Source of the DNA: Acholeplasma sp.
Lineage (GTDB): Bacteria > Bacillota_I > Bacilli_A > Acholeplasmatales > UBA5453
Direction: 5' to 3'
Assembly (NCBI GenBank): GCA_036677365.1
Contig: JAVBWN010000031.1
Coordinates: forward strand, 1 to 64,000
Length of the DNA stretch: 64,000 bases
In this document: in pieces, positions 63,044 through 64,000 of the stretch
Layout of the letters: each line of letters begins with the position of its first letter
Numbering within the stretch: position 1 is the stretch's first letter
Notes under the pieces: generated by a model
Seen by the model: only the letters and a program-made list of their open reading frames with translations
Told to the model about the DNA's origin: nothing
Database searches by the model: none
Made by a program: the position numbers and the translations under genes

Positions 63044-63529
63044 CTATTTCTTTAATTGTTCTTGAATGAGTTTTTCTGCTTCCGATAGAGTCGCTCTTCC
63101 TTGCATTTTGTTGCTGAAGGAAATGTAGTCATTGATGATTGCTTCAATCTTTGACTGGTTGGTCTCTACAAACTCAACAGCTTTTTCTGTTGAACCTGTA
63201 ATATTGCTTACCCACTCACTCAGTCTCGATACGACTGCGAGCTTCTTATCGTCACCGGAAAGGAACGCTTCACCTTTATCTTTTGCGAGCCGATTCTTTT
63301 CTTCGACAATCAATATAAACTCTTTGATTGCTTTTTGAACACTAGCATCAAAGATGATATCCTTTGCTTTGATAACTAAGTCGGTGACGTTATCAGCTGT
63401 GTTTTTTAAATCTTTCTTTACTTCTTTGATCACCTCAGAAAGTGGTTGATCTTTACCCATTTTTGATGTTACATAGAGTGCCAATAATAATAGGGAAGTG
63501 ATGAGTAAAATAATTTCAAGTGTTGTCAT
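63044..63529 (-). CDS. Putative phage holin (LL-H-like), single N-terminal TM
   Basis: N-terminal TM, GDDKKLAV motif, position at the end of a phage-like operon. Confidence 0.45.
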   Translation of the reverse strand: MTTLEIILLITSLLLLALYVTSKMGKDQPLSEVIKEVKKDLKNTADNVTDLVIKAKDIIFDASVQKAIKEFILIVEEKNRLAKDKGEAFLSGDDKKLAVVSRLSEWVSNITGSTEKAVEFVETNQSKIEAIINDYISFSNKMQGRATLSEAEKLIQEQLKK

Positions 63530-63842
63530 TCTCTTTGCCTCCTAAGCGATTATAGATATTGACTTGTGAATCTTCCAATCGAGATACTCGATGTTCTAGG
63601 ACGTTGACATCCTTCTTTAGTGACTTGATATCTTGCGAGTGCATTTCAAGGAGATTAAGCATTTTTATGTTTTGCTTTTCTATTGTCTGTAAATTCGTCA
63701 AGATTTCATCGTTATTCGTTTTGTTCTTCTGTTCTTGGCGGTTGAATTGCTTGATGGTGGTCAAGATGACTACAACCATTGTTACAATCCAATACACCAA
63801 ATTTTCCATTCTAAATAGACTGAGTATGTTTTCCCAGTTCAT
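63516..63842 (-). CDS. Phage membrane protein with coiled coil (XhlA/BhlA-like)
   Basis: N-terminal TM followed by heptad region ending HRVSRLE. Confidence 0.45.
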   Translation of the reverse strand: MNWENILSLFRMENLVYWIVTMVVVILTTIKQFNRQEQKNKTNNDEILTNLQTIEKQNIKMLNLLEMHSQDIKSLKKDVNVLEHRVSRLEDSQVNIYNRLGGKENDNT

Positions 63843-63999
63843 CCTTCATCACCTTATCCTTGTAATTTTCTATGTAAGCTAGTGCCTCTCTTAACAATGG
63901 CATGTATTCTAAGCCCTTGCTATTGTTCCAGTTCTTTTTGTATTCAATCATGTGTGTATACCAGGGTTCATGAACCACATGGCGATATCTTCCAGTTTC
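63811..63999 (-). CDS. C-terminal part of an ORF truncated by the window edge
   Basis: Open frame ETGRYRHVVHEPWY...HTQSI ending at TAG 63811. Confidence 0.45.
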   Translation of the reverse strand, partial: ETGRYRHVVHEPWYTHMIEYKKNWNNSKGLEYMPLLREALAYIENYKDKVMKDELGKHTQSI

Positions 64000-64000
64000 A

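Larger units (their letters stand above)
59546..64000 (-). mobile_element. End of a prophage-like element with dual serine-recombinase module; att sites not located; cargo probably extends leftward
   Basis: Gene order holin-like, HTH-Zn, SHOCT-like, recombinase, recombinase, then accessory genes and IS elements. Confidence 0.7.

Overview
AT-rich bacterial chromosome segment read with genetic code 11 (TGA is used as a stop). Gene content and protein style suggest an Acholeplasmatales-like Mollicute; this is inference. Almost all genes are on the minus strand. (1) 0-7 kb: ABC-F ATPase, HugZ/PNPOx-like protein, an HRDC-DUF4011-SF1 helicase-Vsr-like fusion, and a GNAT gene. (2) 7-22 kb: a defence island with a RelE-like/UvrD/TPR fusion plus coiled-coil partner; a complete type II-A CRISPR-Cas system (1097-aa Cas9, tracrRNA, cas1, cas2, long Csn2, 36 repeats plus a degenerate terminal repeat); an AIPR-HRDC fusion; and a coupled HIT-HNH pair. 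(3) 22-36 kb: GH-like protein, PadR module, diguanylate cyclase, pdhABCD, lplA, pepF. (4) 36-46 kb: a LytTR/GHKL two-component system upstream of a small Cys-rich ORF and a repeat-rich surface protein, then small hypothetical genes. (5) 46-64 kb: a mobile region with a decayed IS3, groESL, an intact IS66 (8-bp target duplication) inserted between two clusters of ~32-bp repeats, DegV/HAD/ABC/PadR cargo, an accessory RNase III behind a ~220-nt structured leader, and a prophage-like end (two holin-like genes, HTH, SHOCT-like ORF, two large serine recombinases). The best candidates for undescribed systems are the RNase III plus structured RNA cassette, the RelE-UvrD-TPR operon, the HIT-HNH pair and the phased 32-bp repeat clusters. 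All family calls come from reading motifs by eye, not from database searches.
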